Shown here: piece after piece, positions 1 through 9,323 of the stretch
How positions within the stretch are numbered: position 1 is the stretch's first letter
Layout of the letters: each line of letters opens with the position of its first letter
NCBI GenBank assembly: GCA_947445775.1
Contig: CANFEB010000009.1
Coordinates: 403-64,402 of the forward strand
Direction: 5' to 3'
Origin: Oligoflexales bacterium
GTDB taxonomy: Bacteria; Bdellovibrionota_B; Oligoflexia; Oligoflexales; RGVZ01
Length of the DNA stretch: 64,000 nucleotides
The notes under the pieces: generated by a model
The model's input: the letters and a program-made list of their open reading frames with translations, nothing else
What the model was told of the DNA's origin: nothing
Databases searched by the model: none
Translations under genes and position numbers: made by a program

Positions 1-329
1 TTGGTGCCAATGATGGCCTGCGTGGACTACCGGTTGCCGCCATGAAAAAAAACCTTGAAGACACCATCAAGATCGCCAAGGAAAGCAAAATCAAAGTTTT
101 GTTGGCAGGAATGAAAATTCCGCCAAACTACGGAACTGGTTATGCCAAAGCCTTTGAAGAAACCTTTGCAAAGCTTGCCCGCGAACAAAAGATCGCCATC
201 ATTCCCTTTTTGCTAGAAGATGTCGCAACACGCCCCGAACTAAACCTCGCGGACGGACTTCACCCCAACGGCAAAGGCCACCAGATGATCATGGAAACGG
301 TCTGGAAAAAATTGGAGCCAATGTTGTGA
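1..329 (+). CDS. SGNH/GDSL hydrolase, TesA-like esterase/lysophospholipase (5' end cut by window edge)
   Basis: Frame is open from the window edge. It reads GANDGLRG (SGNH block III) and later DGLHPN (block V Asp-x-x-His). GTGA stop/start overlap with the next gene. Confidence 0.75.
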   Translation, partial: GANDGLRGLPVAAMKKNLEDTIKIAKESKIKVLLAGMKIPPNYGTGYAKAFEETFAKLAREQKIAIIPFLLEDVATRPELNLADGLHPNGKGHQMIMETVWKKLEPML

Positions 330-1045
330 ACAACCCAGCCAGCCCTTCCCAGAAAACCGTCATTTCCATCATCAATGTTGCTAAGTCCTACAGCCGCAGC
401 GGTCAAAAAGTTTCCGTTTTAAGCGGCCTTAATTTCACGGCGACATCCGCCCAAACCATTGCTATCACCGGGCCCTCGGGCAGCGGCAAATCAACCATGC
501 TGGGCTTGCTCGCAGGCTTGGACCAGCCCGATCAAGGAACCATCACCATGGATGGCCTCGACATCACCCTCATGCCTCAAGCAGATCTCGCCGCCTTTCG
601 CGCCCGAACCATCGGGATTGTCTTCCAACAATTTCATCTGCTCCAGACCCTGACCGCCCTTGAAAATGTCTCCCTCCCCTTGGAAATAGCCGGCACCAAG
701 GGCGGCATTCTAAGCATGAAGGCCGCGGAGGCCGAAGCCCTCGCCCGACTGGAAGCCGTCGGCTTGGGATCTCGCGCCAGCCACCTGCCGTCGCAACTCA
801 GTGGCGGAGAATGCCAGCGTGTGGCCATTGCCAGGGCTCTCGTTGTAAAACCGAAAATACTCCTGGCCGATGAGCCCAGTGGAAATCTTGATACAAAAAC
901 CGGAGAACGCGTCACTGACTTGATTTTCGATTTGGTGCGAAAAGACGGCACGACGCTGATCCTGGTCACCCACAACGAGGATTTGGCTAAACGCTGCGAC
1001 CATCGCTACCAGTTGCGCGATGGACAATTGCACAGGGCTCCGTAA
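326..1045 (+). CDS. ABC transporter ATP-binding protein, YbbA/LolD-like
   Basis: Walker A GPSGSGKST, signature LSGGECQRVAIARAL and Walker B LLADEPSGNLD. Single NBD of 239 aa, coupled to the following FtsX-type permease by a TAATG overlap. Confidence 0.9.
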   Translation: MNNPASPSQKTVISIINVAKSYSRSGQKVSVLSGLNFTATSAQTIAITGPSGSGKSTMLGLLAGLDQPDQGTITMDGLDITLMPQADLAAFRARTIGIVFQQFHLLQTLTALENVSLPLEIAGTKGGILSMKAAEAEALARLEAVGLGSRASHLPSQLSGGECQRVAIARALVVKPKILLADEPSGNLDTKTGERVTDLIFDLVRKDGTTLILVTHNEDLAKRCDHRYQLRDGQLHRAP

Positions 1046-3708
1046 TGATTTGGCGGCGCCTTGCCTGGCGCGAAATCATCAACACGCCGAAATTTTCTCT
1101 CTTTTTTATTTTGAATATCGCCCTTGGCCTGACTGGCTTCATCGCGGTCAACGCCCTGAAAGCCTCCATTGACCAAAGCCTTGCGGGAAAATCTCGGGAG
1201 ATCCTTGGGGCAGACATTACAGTATCGGCCTACCGGCCGCTGACCCCGGAAGAAACTGTTGGATTTGATGCCTTGGTCCCCCAGGAAACCCGCATTGCCG
1301 AAGAGTCGGGGTGGGTCAGCATGGTTAGTGCCATAGTTAATTCTGAGGTTAATTCTAAGGTTAATTCTAAGGTTAATTCTAAGCCGAGTGCCACGCCCAC
1401 CCGAGAAACCGCGCTGCCGCCCCCGGCCAGGCTCATGGAAATTCGCGCCGTAGATCCGACCTTTCCCTTTTACGGCGCAATCGCCTTCACCGGCGAAGAT
1501 GGCCAACCATCCTCAGCCGCCATCTTTCGCCGCATGGAAACCGAGGCCCTTGCCCTTGCCGCACCAGAGCTTTATTTTCAGCTCGATTTGAAACCAGGAC
1601 AGTCCGTTAAAATCGGTGATCAGGCCTTTCAACTGGCAGGAACCATCACCAGCGACCCGTCGACGTCTTCGTCCAGTTTTTCCATCGCCCCAAGAATTTA
1701 TATAGGCCGCCAGTGGGCCGCGAAAACGGGGTTAATTCAACGGGGCAGCAGGATTGTCCACGCGCGCCAATATGCGCTGCCTTCACAACTCGAACTGCAA
1801 GCCTTTAAAAATTTCGCGAAAACGCGCAGTGACATCCGCGTGCGAAGCCACACCTCGGCCACAGACGAACTGGGGCGTATTTTAAAATTTCTCGGCGATT
1901 ACTTGGGAATAATCGCGCTTGTGGCCATTATCTTGTCAGGTATTGGCGGGAATTTTTTGATCTTTGCCCACGTGCGCAGTAAAATTCGCGACCTTGCAAT
2001 CCTGCAATCCATCGGTGCGCGGCCCTCATCAGCGAGATGGATCATCGGATGGCAGATGATCATCCTTGGTTTTGCCGGTGCAGTATGCGCGGTTGCCATG
2101 GCCGCCATTTTATTGCCATCCATCCGAGAAATTCTGGCTCCATTTCTAGGAAGTGGCATAAAAATTTCCATTCAAAAAAACTCTGTCATCACTGCCTTGA
2201 TCATGGGAACCATCGGCACCCCCATTGCCGGGCTCCCGGTCTTCATGCACCTTGCCGGCATGAGTGCAGCCTCGCTGTTTCGCGAACACGAAGACCCCAC
2301 ACGGATAAAATCCTCGCGCTGGCTCATGGCCGCAGTGCCGTCCATCGCGATTATCTTTGGCCTCGCATCGTGGCAGGCAAAAAGTCCCATGGCTGGATTG
2401 ATCTTTCTTGTAATCACGGGAATATCCATTTTGATTCTGTCGGGGGTTGGAATCCTGATGCTCCGAGCCCTAGGCCCGATTTCTCGCGCGCTCAAACAAA
2501 AACAGGGCTGGAATTCTTGGCCACTTTTGATGGCCCTGCGCCATACGAGCCGCTCGGGTCAGACCCTCATGGTCTCCTTTGTCACTTTGGGCCTCTGTGC
2601 GGCCTTGATCAGTGCCGTTCCACAGGTGCAGGCCATCTTGACCTCCGAACTGACTTCACAGCGAGGTTCTGGGGGGCAGTCCATATTGCCGGGGCTTTTT
2701 CTATTCGACATTCAACCCGAACAAGAAGCCCCGCTTCGCAAATTTTTGGAGTCAAAAAATATTTCAGCGGGATCGTTCTCCCCGCTGATTCGCGCGCGCC
2801 TTGACCGCATCAACGACAAAGCCATCGGAGAGACTTTTGACAACATTCCCGGCACGCGGGAACGACAGACCGAGGAACAGTTCAAAAACCGGACTTTTAA
2901 CCTGTCGGTGCGCGGGCACCTTACCGCCAGCGAGGCCTTGGGCGCTGGACGAGAATTCTCTAGCGTCAGATTCGACCCTGCCCGCCAGGACATGCCCGAG
3001 ATCTCTTTGGAAAAACGTTTCGCCGAGCGCACCGGAATTAAACTTGGCGATATTCTCGAATTCAATGTCCAAGGAGTGCCCATCAAGGGCAGAGCGGTGA
3101 ACCTGCGACGGGTTCGCTGGGCCAGCTTCCAACCAAATTTCTTTGTGCAATTTCAAGAAGGGGTTATTGACGATGCCCCCCGGACATACCTTGGAACAAT
3201 TCCACAGACGGATTTTGACACGACGCAAAGGCTGCAACGAGAACTTGTCCAAGAGTTTGCCAACGTATCAATCGTCGACGTCAAGGCCTCCATAGCCCGG
3301 ATACTCGCCATTTCTGAACAGGTCGCCTTGGCGATCACGGCCATGGCCCTGCTGTGCCTTTTGGCTGGGATGGGTGTCTTGACCGCCATCACCCTGCAAC
3401 AATCTCGCGCGCGCTCTTATGAGACGGCAATCCTCAAGGTCTTGGGGGCATCCTTTCGCGACGTCTACATACGCGTTTTAGGGGAGGCAGCCATCATCGC
3501 TTTTTTTGCGGCCGCGACTGGCCTCGTCATCAGTTTCGGTATTGCCTGGGTGCTGTCCGTTTTCATTTTTGATGGCGTCTGGGTTTTTGCAGCAACCGCT
3601 GCCGTTGTGCCGGCGGCGCTGATTGTGGGCCTCACGATTTTCCTGACCATGGCGACCTCCAGAATCGCACTCGGAACGAAGCCTCGAGAACTTCTACAAT
3701 CAGAGTGA
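1045..3708 (+). CDS. FtsX-family ABC transporter permease, YbbP-like (duplicated FtsX module)
   Basis: 887-aa polytopic protein with two hydrophobic four-helix blocks separated by large soluble loops. It directly follows a YbbA-like ATPase. Confidence 0.8.
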   Translation: MIWRRLAWREIINTPKFSLFFILNIALGLTGFIAVNALKASIDQSLAGKSREILGADITVSAYRPLTPEETVGFDALVPQETRIAEESGWVSMVSAIVNSEVNSKVNSKVNSKPSATPTRETALPPPARLMEIRAVDPTFPFYGAIAFTGEDGQPSSAAIFRRMETEALALAAPELYFQLDLKPGQSVKIGDQAFQLAGTITSDPSTSSSSFSIAPRIYIGRQWAAKTGLIQRGSRIVHARQYALPSQLELQAFKNFAKTRSDIRVRSHTSATDELGRILKFLGDYLGIIALVAIILSGIGGNFLIFAHVRSKIRDLAILQSIGARPSSARWIIGWQMIILGFAGAVCAVAMAAILLPSIREILAPFLGSGIKISIQKNSVITALIMGTIGTPIAGLPVFMHLAGMSAASLFREHEDPTRIKSSRWLMAAVPSIAIIFGLASWQAKSPMAGLIFLVITGISILILSGVGILMLRALGPISRALKQKQGWNSWPLLMALRHTSRSGQTLMVSFVTLGLCAALISAVPQVQAILTSELTSQRGSGGQSILPGLFLFDIQPEQEAPLRKFLESKNISAGSFSPLIRARLDRINDKAIGETFDNIPGTRERQTEEQFKNRTFNLSVRGHLTASEALGAGREFSSVRFDPARQDMPEISLEKRFAERTGIKLGDILEFNVQGVPIKGRAVNLRRVRWASFQPNFFVQFQEGVIDDAPRTYLGTIPQTDFDTTQRLQRELVQEFANVSIVDVKASIARILAISEQVALAITAMALLCLLAGMGVLTAITLQQSRARSYETAILKVLGASFRDVYIRVLGEAAIIAFFAAATGLVISFGIAWVLSVFIFDGVWVFAATAAVVPAALIVGLTIFLTMATSRIALGTKPRELLQSE
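1336..1383. repeat. In-frame 12-bp tandem repeat, 4 copies (gttaattctgag / gttaattctaag x3)
   Basis: Read directly from the sequence. It encodes VNSE-VNSK-VNSK-VNSK in the first extracytoplasmic loop of the permease and is AT-rich relative to its flanks. Confidence 0.95.
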
Positions 3709-5019
3709 AAAACAAGCTGCGGCAATCAGGGTTGGAATCAAGGCGGCAATAAATAGTTTCAAGGGATTGATACCCCCCGAGCCGTAACGGTCCTTCAAAA
3801 TCGAATAACCGGCTGGATTTGGAGCATTGGCGATGACGGTTAATCCGCCACCGGTCACGGCCCCGGCCACGATGGCATACTTGCCCTGATCCGATAAATC
3901 CTGAACCTGCGAGGCAAGGTAGGTCAAAGCGGCATTATCGGTGATCGCCGTCAAACAGGTCGCTCCCCAAAAAAGGGCGTTATTGCCGGCACCATCAAGC
4001 AGCGGGCGAAGCCACCACTCTTGTTCCTTGCCGAGGACAACGAGGCCCGCCAGAAAAAAGGCCACCAGCAGGCTCTCGCGCAGGCGCAGGGGGCTTTGAA
4101 ATTCATGGGTGATCTCCGTGACGCCAAGAAACATCAGTAGCAGTCCACAAAATACGGTCATGTGATGCGCAGTGGCCACAACACCGATGAGAAATGCCAA
4201 ATGAATGATGACCAACCACAAGGGTGCATTGCCCGGACCCATGGGTGAATGAGTTTTTTTGGGCGATTTCACCGGCAACTGTGAAAGTTCCTTCCAAAAA
4301 ATTCCAACTACCAACACAGAATTGGCGACGACGGCAAGGGCGGCCTTCCAGCCAAAATTGACGAGCATATGGGAGAGGCTCCAATTCCATTTTGCCGCAA
4401 CCATCACCACGGGCGGCGCGGCAAAAGGCGTCAGCACACCACCGATGGAAATATTCACAAACAGCACCCCGATGGTGGCGTACTTCAAGGCCTCGGAGCA
4501 TTTATTTCTTAGAATCCGGTCATGCAAAAGCAAGGCGGTCAGAGTCATGGCCCCAGGCTCTGTGATCAAACTGCCGGACAGTGGTCCGACCGTGAGCAAC
4601 ACCCAAAAGGCGGCGGTTGCGCCGGGCAAGGGTAGAAGTGCTGCCAGTTTTGCCGCGATGCTCGCCATGAGATGTGCCGAGAAATCCAAAACTGGACGGG
4701 TGGACGCAATGACCATGATGGCGAACACAAAGGCCGGCTCGGTGAAAGAAAGGCTGTCGAGAAATGCCGTCGCTTGGGCAAATCCGTTTAATGCGCCATA
4801 GCCAATCATGAAAATGGCAGCCCAAAGACCGAAGACAACCTCGACCTCGCCCAGAAAGTGCAGCGTATTTTCTTGGAGGCTGCCTGCGGGGTATCGGGCG
4901 GCCATGCGGTTGAAACGCCCGGTCAAAAAAGTATGGACAAGAGCGCATGCGAACAGCACCGTTGCAAGGATCTGGGTGGTGTGATCAAGTTGGTTCACTA
5001 TTTCTCCTGGTGGGTTCAA
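3700..5019 (-). CDS. Polytopic membrane transporter, putative Na+/H+ antiporter family (DUF1504-like)
   Basis: 439 aa, about 11-12 hydrophobic segments. The N-terminal pattern ...ALVHTF...HFLGEVEVVFGLWA... resembles the putative Na/H antiporter-2 family from memory. Family assignment is tentative. Confidence 0.5.
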   Translation of the reverse strand: MNPPGEIVNQLDHTTQILATVLFACALVHTFLTGRFNRMAARYPAGSLQENTLHFLGEVEVVFGLWAAIFMIGYGALNGFAQATAFLDSLSFTEPAFVFAIMVIASTRPVLDFSAHLMASIAAKLAALLPLPGATAAFWVLLTVGPLSGSLITEPGAMTLTALLLHDRILRNKCSEALKYATIGVLFVNISIGGVLTPFAAPPVVMVAAKWNWSLSHMLVNFGWKAALAVVANSVLVVGIFWKELSQLPVKSPKKTHSPMGPGNAPLWLVIIHLAFLIGVVATAHHMTVFCGLLLMFLGVTEITHEFQSPLRLRESLLVAFFLAGLVVLGKEQEWWLRPLLDGAGNNALFWGATCLTAITDNAALTYLASQVQDLSDQGKYAIVAGAVTGGGLTVIANAPNPAGYSILKDRYGSGGINPLKLFIAALIPTLIAAACFSL

Positions 5020-5064
5020 TATTCCCTCGAAGTTGTTTCACCAGTCAACAGTGCAGGAAAAAAG

Positions 5065-5646
5065 ATGTCATTAACTCCATCAACCATGCTGCCACTTCAA
5101 ACTAAAGCCTCGCCATTTTCATTGCCGGCAACCGATGGCAAAATTGTTAAAGATGCTGATTTTAACCGCGCCCCGGCCCTGCTCGTGATGTTCATCTGCA
5201 ATCATTGCCCGTACGTTAAGCACATTAGCGCGGGCCTTGCGGCAATGACGCGGGATTTTGCAGGGCTGGGTGTCGCGGTTGTGGGCATCATGTCCAACAA
5301 TGTGGCCCTATACCCCGATGACCGGCCCGAGTTGATGAAGGCGGAAAAAGAGGCGGCAGGATGGGAATTCCCTTATTTGTATGATGAGTCTCAAAATGTC
5401 GCCAAGGCCTATCACGCGGCATGCACACCGGATTTCTTCTTGTTTGATGCAGATCAGCGGCTGGTTTACCGCGGTCAAATGGACGATAGCCGCCCCGGAA
5501 ACGGCAAGCCGGTCACTGGCAGTGATTTGCGGGCCGCAGTCGCAAAGGTTTTGGCGGGTGAGGCCGTGGACGCGGTGCAGAAGCCCTCAATAGGCTGCAA
5601 CATCAAATGGAAGCCAGCCAAAGGAACTATTGGTGAGAAAAAGTAA
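5065..5646 (+). CDS. Thioredoxin-fold protein (redoxin/AhpC-TSA-like thiol-disulfide oxidoreductase)
   Basis: CNHCPYV (CxxC) motif in a redoxin-like context. ATG at 5065 is preceded by AGGAAA; the longer ORF from 4858 overlaps the divergent antiporter gene. Confidence 0.75.
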   Translation: MSLTPSTMLPLQTKASPFSLPATDGKIVKDADFNRAPALLVMFICNHCPYVKHISAGLAAMTRDFAGLGVAVVGIMSNNVALYPDDRPELMKAEKEAAGWEFPYLYDESQNVAKAYHAACTPDFFLFDADQRLVYRGQMDDSRPGNGKPVTGSDLRAAVAKVLAGEAVDAVQKPSIGCNIKWKPAKGTIGEKK

Positions 5647-6070
5647 GCCTGAAAATAAACCTCGAAGTGAACCTAACTTCGTCATCTATTTTGATGGAGT
5701 CTGCAACCTGTGCAACCGGTTTGTGGACCTGCTGATCCGAATCGATCACCGCCGGTGCCTGCGCTATGCGCCCCTGCAAGGCGAGACGGCGCGCTTGCGT
5801 GGCCTTCACCACTTTGCGGCGGAGGACCCGACTTCCATTGTGGTGGTCGATGGCCCCTCGGAGGTCCACACGGAATCAGATGCGGTGCTGCAAATATTTT
5901 CACGGTTAGGCGGAATATGGTCGGCTTTTTTGTTGCCAGCGCGCCTCATTCCAAAATGCTTTCGCGATAAGATTTACCGCGTGATTGCCCAAAATCGCTA
6001 CGGCCTTTTTGGCCGCCGCAACACCTGCCGCTTGCCGACTTCATCAGAGCGAGAGCTTTTTTTGCCATAG
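5630..6070 (+). CDS. DCC1-like thiol-disulfide oxidoreductase (DUF393 family)
   Basis: N-terminal FDGVCNLCNRFV motif typical of the DCC family. TTG start overlaps the upstream redoxin gene by 17 nt. Confidence 0.75.
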   Translation: MVRKSKPENKPRSEPNFVIYFDGVCNLCNRFVDLLIRIDHRRCLRYAPLQGETARLRGLHHFAAEDPTSIVVVDGPSEVHTESDAVLQIFSRLGGIWSAFLLPARLIPKCFRDKIYRVIAQNRYGLFGRRNTCRLPTSSERELFLP

Positions 6071-6074
6071 GAAA

Positions 6075-7289
6075 CTAGGGATTTTCGAGCAAAAGTGCGC
6101 TCATCCAAAGGAAATCCGTTCCAGAAAAAACTTCGCTGCAGGGTGCGCGACGCTCCCGTGTTTGACTGGACGGACGCTGCCAAACATAATCCGCACGCCG
6201 ATCACAATTTGTTGGCAGGCGATCTTCGGGAAATGCCGGCATGGCCAACAACAAATTTGCCAGGCTCACGCGTCGCTGCGGCGATAAGGCGCCCACGGAC
6301 TTAAGGGCCAACCAATGAAAAAAAAGATTATCTGGATCCGTGCGCAATAGCGTCTGGGCAGACCACGCCAAACGTAAATCCCGAAGCTGGACATTCATCC
6401 AGGGATCGATGACAAATGCCACCGCGTCAATGGTTGATCCCGAACGGTGCTTCCATTTACCCATTTTTTCAATCTCGAACTCCAGCCATATCGTCAGCGC
6501 CACGAGGTGCGACCGGTAATCACCATCTGCCGTCCACGCATCAAACTCCGTGGTCCAAAAGCTCCAGGCCAATCCCGAGGATGGCTCTCCACCGACCATG
6601 GCCATCTCGTCAAAGGCGGCGCGAAATCCCGGACTGAAAAAGCTGATGTAAAATGGGCCGTCTGAAATATAGCCATTAAAACGGTGCAGATCTTCACGGG
6701 TCCATTGCATGACCTGCGCGGCGTTTTGGGGGCTTTGGCTTAGGACCGCCAAAATGCCCATGATCATGTCTCTCGACAAGGGAGTTTCTGGGCACCGTGG
6801 ATGACGAAGCCACCCGGCTTTCGGGGTTCTGCTTTTCTGGATCGCCTCCCAGGCAGGCCGAGACAGGTCGTGAAATCCAAGGTGCTCCAAGGCCACATAG
6901 CGAAGCGAAGAAAACAGCAAGGAGTCGCACTGATGGATGAACTTGCCGGTGTCATCACGGTCGACGACCATACCGTCCACAATGTGCGTCTTCTGACTAA
7001 GGTCGGCATACCGGCGCGCGCGTATCACCAGACTTCGTCCCTCAGGCGTGTCGGAAAAATCTGCCGCCAATGATTTTGCGCTGAGGCCTGTGCCATTTCC
7101 ATCGTTTTGGCCTGCCAAGCGTTTCAGATCAAGCAGGTCATGGGTTGCCAACATGAGATGCGTTACAAAAAAATAGGTGACAAGAAATAGAGCCGAGCCA
7201 AAGACCCAACAAACGAGCATAAAAATGGAAGTTTTTTTCCGCATAATTATAAATCGTAACGACATAAGGCCGCGGGGAGCGATCCCCAT
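6075..7289 (-). CDS. Hypothetical membrane-anchored protein
   Basis: 404-aa ORF. GGGGAG lies 9 nt upstream of the ATG at 7289, followed by an N-terminal TM segment (IFMLVCWVFGSALFLVTYFFV). I recognise no family. Confidence 0.6.
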   Translation of the reverse strand: MGIAPRGLMSLRFIIMRKKTSIFMLVCWVFGSALFLVTYFFVTHLMLATHDLLDLKRLAGQNDGNGTGLSAKSLAADFSDTPEGRSLVIRARRYADLSQKTHIVDGMVVDRDDTGKFIHQCDSLLFSSLRYVALEHLGFHDLSRPAWEAIQKSRTPKAGWLRHPRCPETPLSRDMIMGILAVLSQSPQNAAQVMQWTREDLHRFNGYISDGPFYISFFSPGFRAAFDEMAMVGGEPSSGLAWSFWTTEFDAWTADGDYRSHLVALTIWLEFEIEKMGKWKHRSGSTIDAVAFVIDPWMNVQLRDLRLAWSAQTLLRTDPDNLFFHWLALKSVGALSPQRRVSLANLLLAMPAFPEDRLPTNCDRRADYVWQRPSSQTRERRAPCSEVFSGTDFLWMSALLLENP

Positions 7290-7327
7290 CAGGACCCACT
7301 CCCCTATGTTACTTTGCGGAACTCTTG

Positions 7328-7364
7328 AAAAAAAATGAAACCTGCCGTTGGATTGGCAGGTTTC
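7328..7364 (-). terminator. Rho-independent terminator downstream of the aldehyde dehydrogenase gene
   Basis: On the minus strand: 10-bp stem gaaacctgcc/ggcaggtttc, 8-nt loop, then a T8 run. Confidence 0.8.
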
Positions 7365-7438
7365 ATCAATAGAATCAGATAGTTATTTTCTGGCGCTTTC
7401 GCGCCAGAAACTAGTTACTTTAAAAAAAAGCGCTGACA

Positions 7439-9004
7439 TTAAATCTGGATTTTGTAGTTCAAATCCGGTTCCACATAGGCTGTTTCCATCTGAGCCAACT
7501 GAAGTTTTCCGGACATGTCCCAGTTCACGGCATGCCACTTGGTGAATTGATCAATAACCCAGATTCCTGACTGACGCCCACCATTACCGCTTTTGCCATT
7601 ACCGCCGAAAGGTAGGTGCGCCTCCGCTCCCGTTGTCGAGTTGTTGATGCTCGACATGCCGGCGGTGATGCCAGTCTTGAACTGGTAAACGAGCATCGGA
7701 TTATTGGTATAGATCGCCGACGACAATCCGTAGCCATGGTCATTGGCCATCGACATAGCTTCTTCAAAGTCATGAAACTTCATGACGTTGATTAATGGTC
7801 CAAAGGTTTCGGTCCGGTAAATAGGATCGGTCATCTTCACATTGACGGCGATGTTGGGACGCGCGTAGAAACCGTTTTCTGCGTCACCTTTGAAGTGATC
7901 CCAGCCCACGCCGTGACCAATCCAACCACCTTTGCCCAGCGGCATTTCGTGGTGCTTTTCAATCAGGGTCTCGAGATGGCCAAGGTGATTTTTCAAAAAC
8001 CGTTCGCTGATCAACGGACCGTACATGATGCCAGACTGAATCGGATCGCCGATGACCATCTTCGCGGCGCGGTCGACCAATTTTTGCACAAACTGATCAT
8101 GGATTGAAGCGTCGACAATCAAATTTCCAAGGGACGTGCAGCGCTGGCCTCCCGTACCAAAGCCGCTGAACAGCGCACCTTCGAGTGCCAGGTCAATGTC
8201 GGCATCGCGACAAACAATCATCGGATTCTTGCCGCCCAACTCCAAACACGGCACTTGCAGGTTGCGGCCGCAAATCTCGCCAATGCGACGACCAACTTCG
8301 GTGGATCCCGTAAAGCCTATCTTGTCGAAAAGCCCCTCATCGACAAGGTCGACCATGGCAGCGCCAGTTTTTGGGCCGGTGCCAAACACGGTATTGAAAA
8401 CACCTTTAGGCACGCCTGCATGGTGTAACAGGTCTGTAAACCAGTAGCTGGTGGCTGGTGCGTCTTCGCTAGGTTTCCACACACAGGTGTTGCCGGCAAT
8501 CAGGGCGGGAATGAAGTACCAGGCCGGAACTGCGAACGGAAAATTGCATGCCGTCATGCAACCAAAAACCCCGATCGGGCGACGGTAGGTGAATAGCTCC
8601 TTGTTGGGCATTTCAGAGGGGATCGTCTGACCGTAAAGGCGCCGTCCTTCTGAAACGAAAAAGTTGCATGTGTCGACCGCTTCTTGGATCTCGCCTAGGG
8701 CCTCGCGCAGTGGCTTGCCGATTTCGCGGGCAAGCAACTTAGCCAGCTCTTCCTTGTTGGCTTCGATTAGGCGGCCAAAATTTCCAATGACACTGGCGCG
8801 AACCGGAGCAGGAGTTTGCGCCCAGCTTTTATAGGCCTTGCGGGCTGCATGGGCAGCCGCGCGGACTTCGTCTTTACCGGAGTCAACAAAGACGCCAACA
8901 ATGTCTTTCTTGTTGGCCGGATTGATGCTCGAAAATTCAGCCCCCTTAGGGGTTTCGGTCCAGCGCCCATCGATATATGCAGAAAGCTTGCGGTTCTTGT
9001 ACAT
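7439..9004 (-). CDS. Aldehyde dehydrogenase family protein
   Basis: ALDH hallmarks ELGGKNP and catalytic-Cys context GQRCTS, plus FTGSTEVG. GGAGGA SD 5 nt upstream of the ATG. Confidence 0.9.
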   Translation of the reverse strand: MYKNRKLSAYIDGRWTETPKGAEFSSINPANKKDIVGVFVDSGKDEVRAAAHAARKAYKSWAQTPAPVRASVIGNFGRLIEANKEELAKLLAREIGKPLREALGEIQEAVDTCNFFVSEGRRLYGQTIPSEMPNKELFTYRRPIGVFGCMTACNFPFAVPAWYFIPALIAGNTCVWKPSEDAPATSYWFTDLLHHAGVPKGVFNTVFGTGPKTGAAMVDLVDEGLFDKIGFTGSTEVGRRIGEICGRNLQVPCLELGGKNPMIVCRDADIDLALEGALFSGFGTGGQRCTSLGNLIVDASIHDQFVQKLVDRAAKMVIGDPIQSGIMYGPLISERFLKNHLGHLETLIEKHHEMPLGKGGWIGHGVGWDHFKGDAENGFYARPNIAVNVKMTDPIYRTETFGPLINVMKFHDFEEAMSMANDHGYGLSSAIYTNNPMLVYQFKTGITAGMSSINNSTTGAEAHLPFGGNGKSGNGGRQSGIWVIDQFTKWHAVNWDMSGKLQLAQMETAYVEPDLNYKIQI

Positions 9005-9056
9005 GACATGTCCTCCTAGGTCGGAGTAACATCCCTCAAACAGACAGGATTCGCAA

Positions 9057-9305
9057 ATGGTGGATAGCCTAGATCGCAGAAAAGCCGCCCGATGCCCAGT
9101 TTGTCAGGGTCCCGGTTACACGTTTGAAGCCAATCCAAACCAGATTCGATGCCGAAACTCCCTCTGTATGCAGAATCATGGAACTAAAAAATGCCCCCGG
9201 TGCGGCTCGGAATCCGTGGGGGCTGTTCGGCGAAATAAAGATGATTCGTCTGATGATTCGTCTTTTGCCTACACCTGCGCCGACTGTGAGCACGTCTGGC
9301 GCTAG
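9057..9305 (+). CDS. Small Cys-rich double zinc-ribbon protein (hypothetical)
   Basis: 82 aa with CPVC...C...C and CPRC...CADC pairs. Contains a 12-bp tandem duplication (9240-9263, DDSS-DDSS). Convergent with pilC. Confidence 0.5.
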   Translation: MVDSLDRRKAARCPVCQGPGYTFEANPNQIRCRNSLCMQNHGTKKCPRCGSESVGAVRRNKDDSSDDSSFAYTCADCEHVWR

Positions 9306-9323
9306 GTCCTATCATGAGGCAGG

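Noticed and set aside
1006-1506. 166-aa minus-strand ORF containing RINLRINLRINL
   Set aside because: It is simply the antisense reading of the 12-bp tandem repeat inside the permease gene. It overlaps two well-supported plus-strand genes.
2037-2804. 255-aa alternative-frame ORF within the FtsX-type permease gene
   Set aside because: It is on the same strand but out of frame with a continuous 887-aa permease ORF. The Cys/His/Arg-rich translation looks non-protein-like.
4858-5064. N-terminal extension of the redoxin ORF (start at 4858)
   Set aside because: The extension overlaps the 5' end of the divergent antiporter gene and has no SD. The ATG at 5065 has AGGAAA upstream and gives a normal-length thioredoxin-fold protein.
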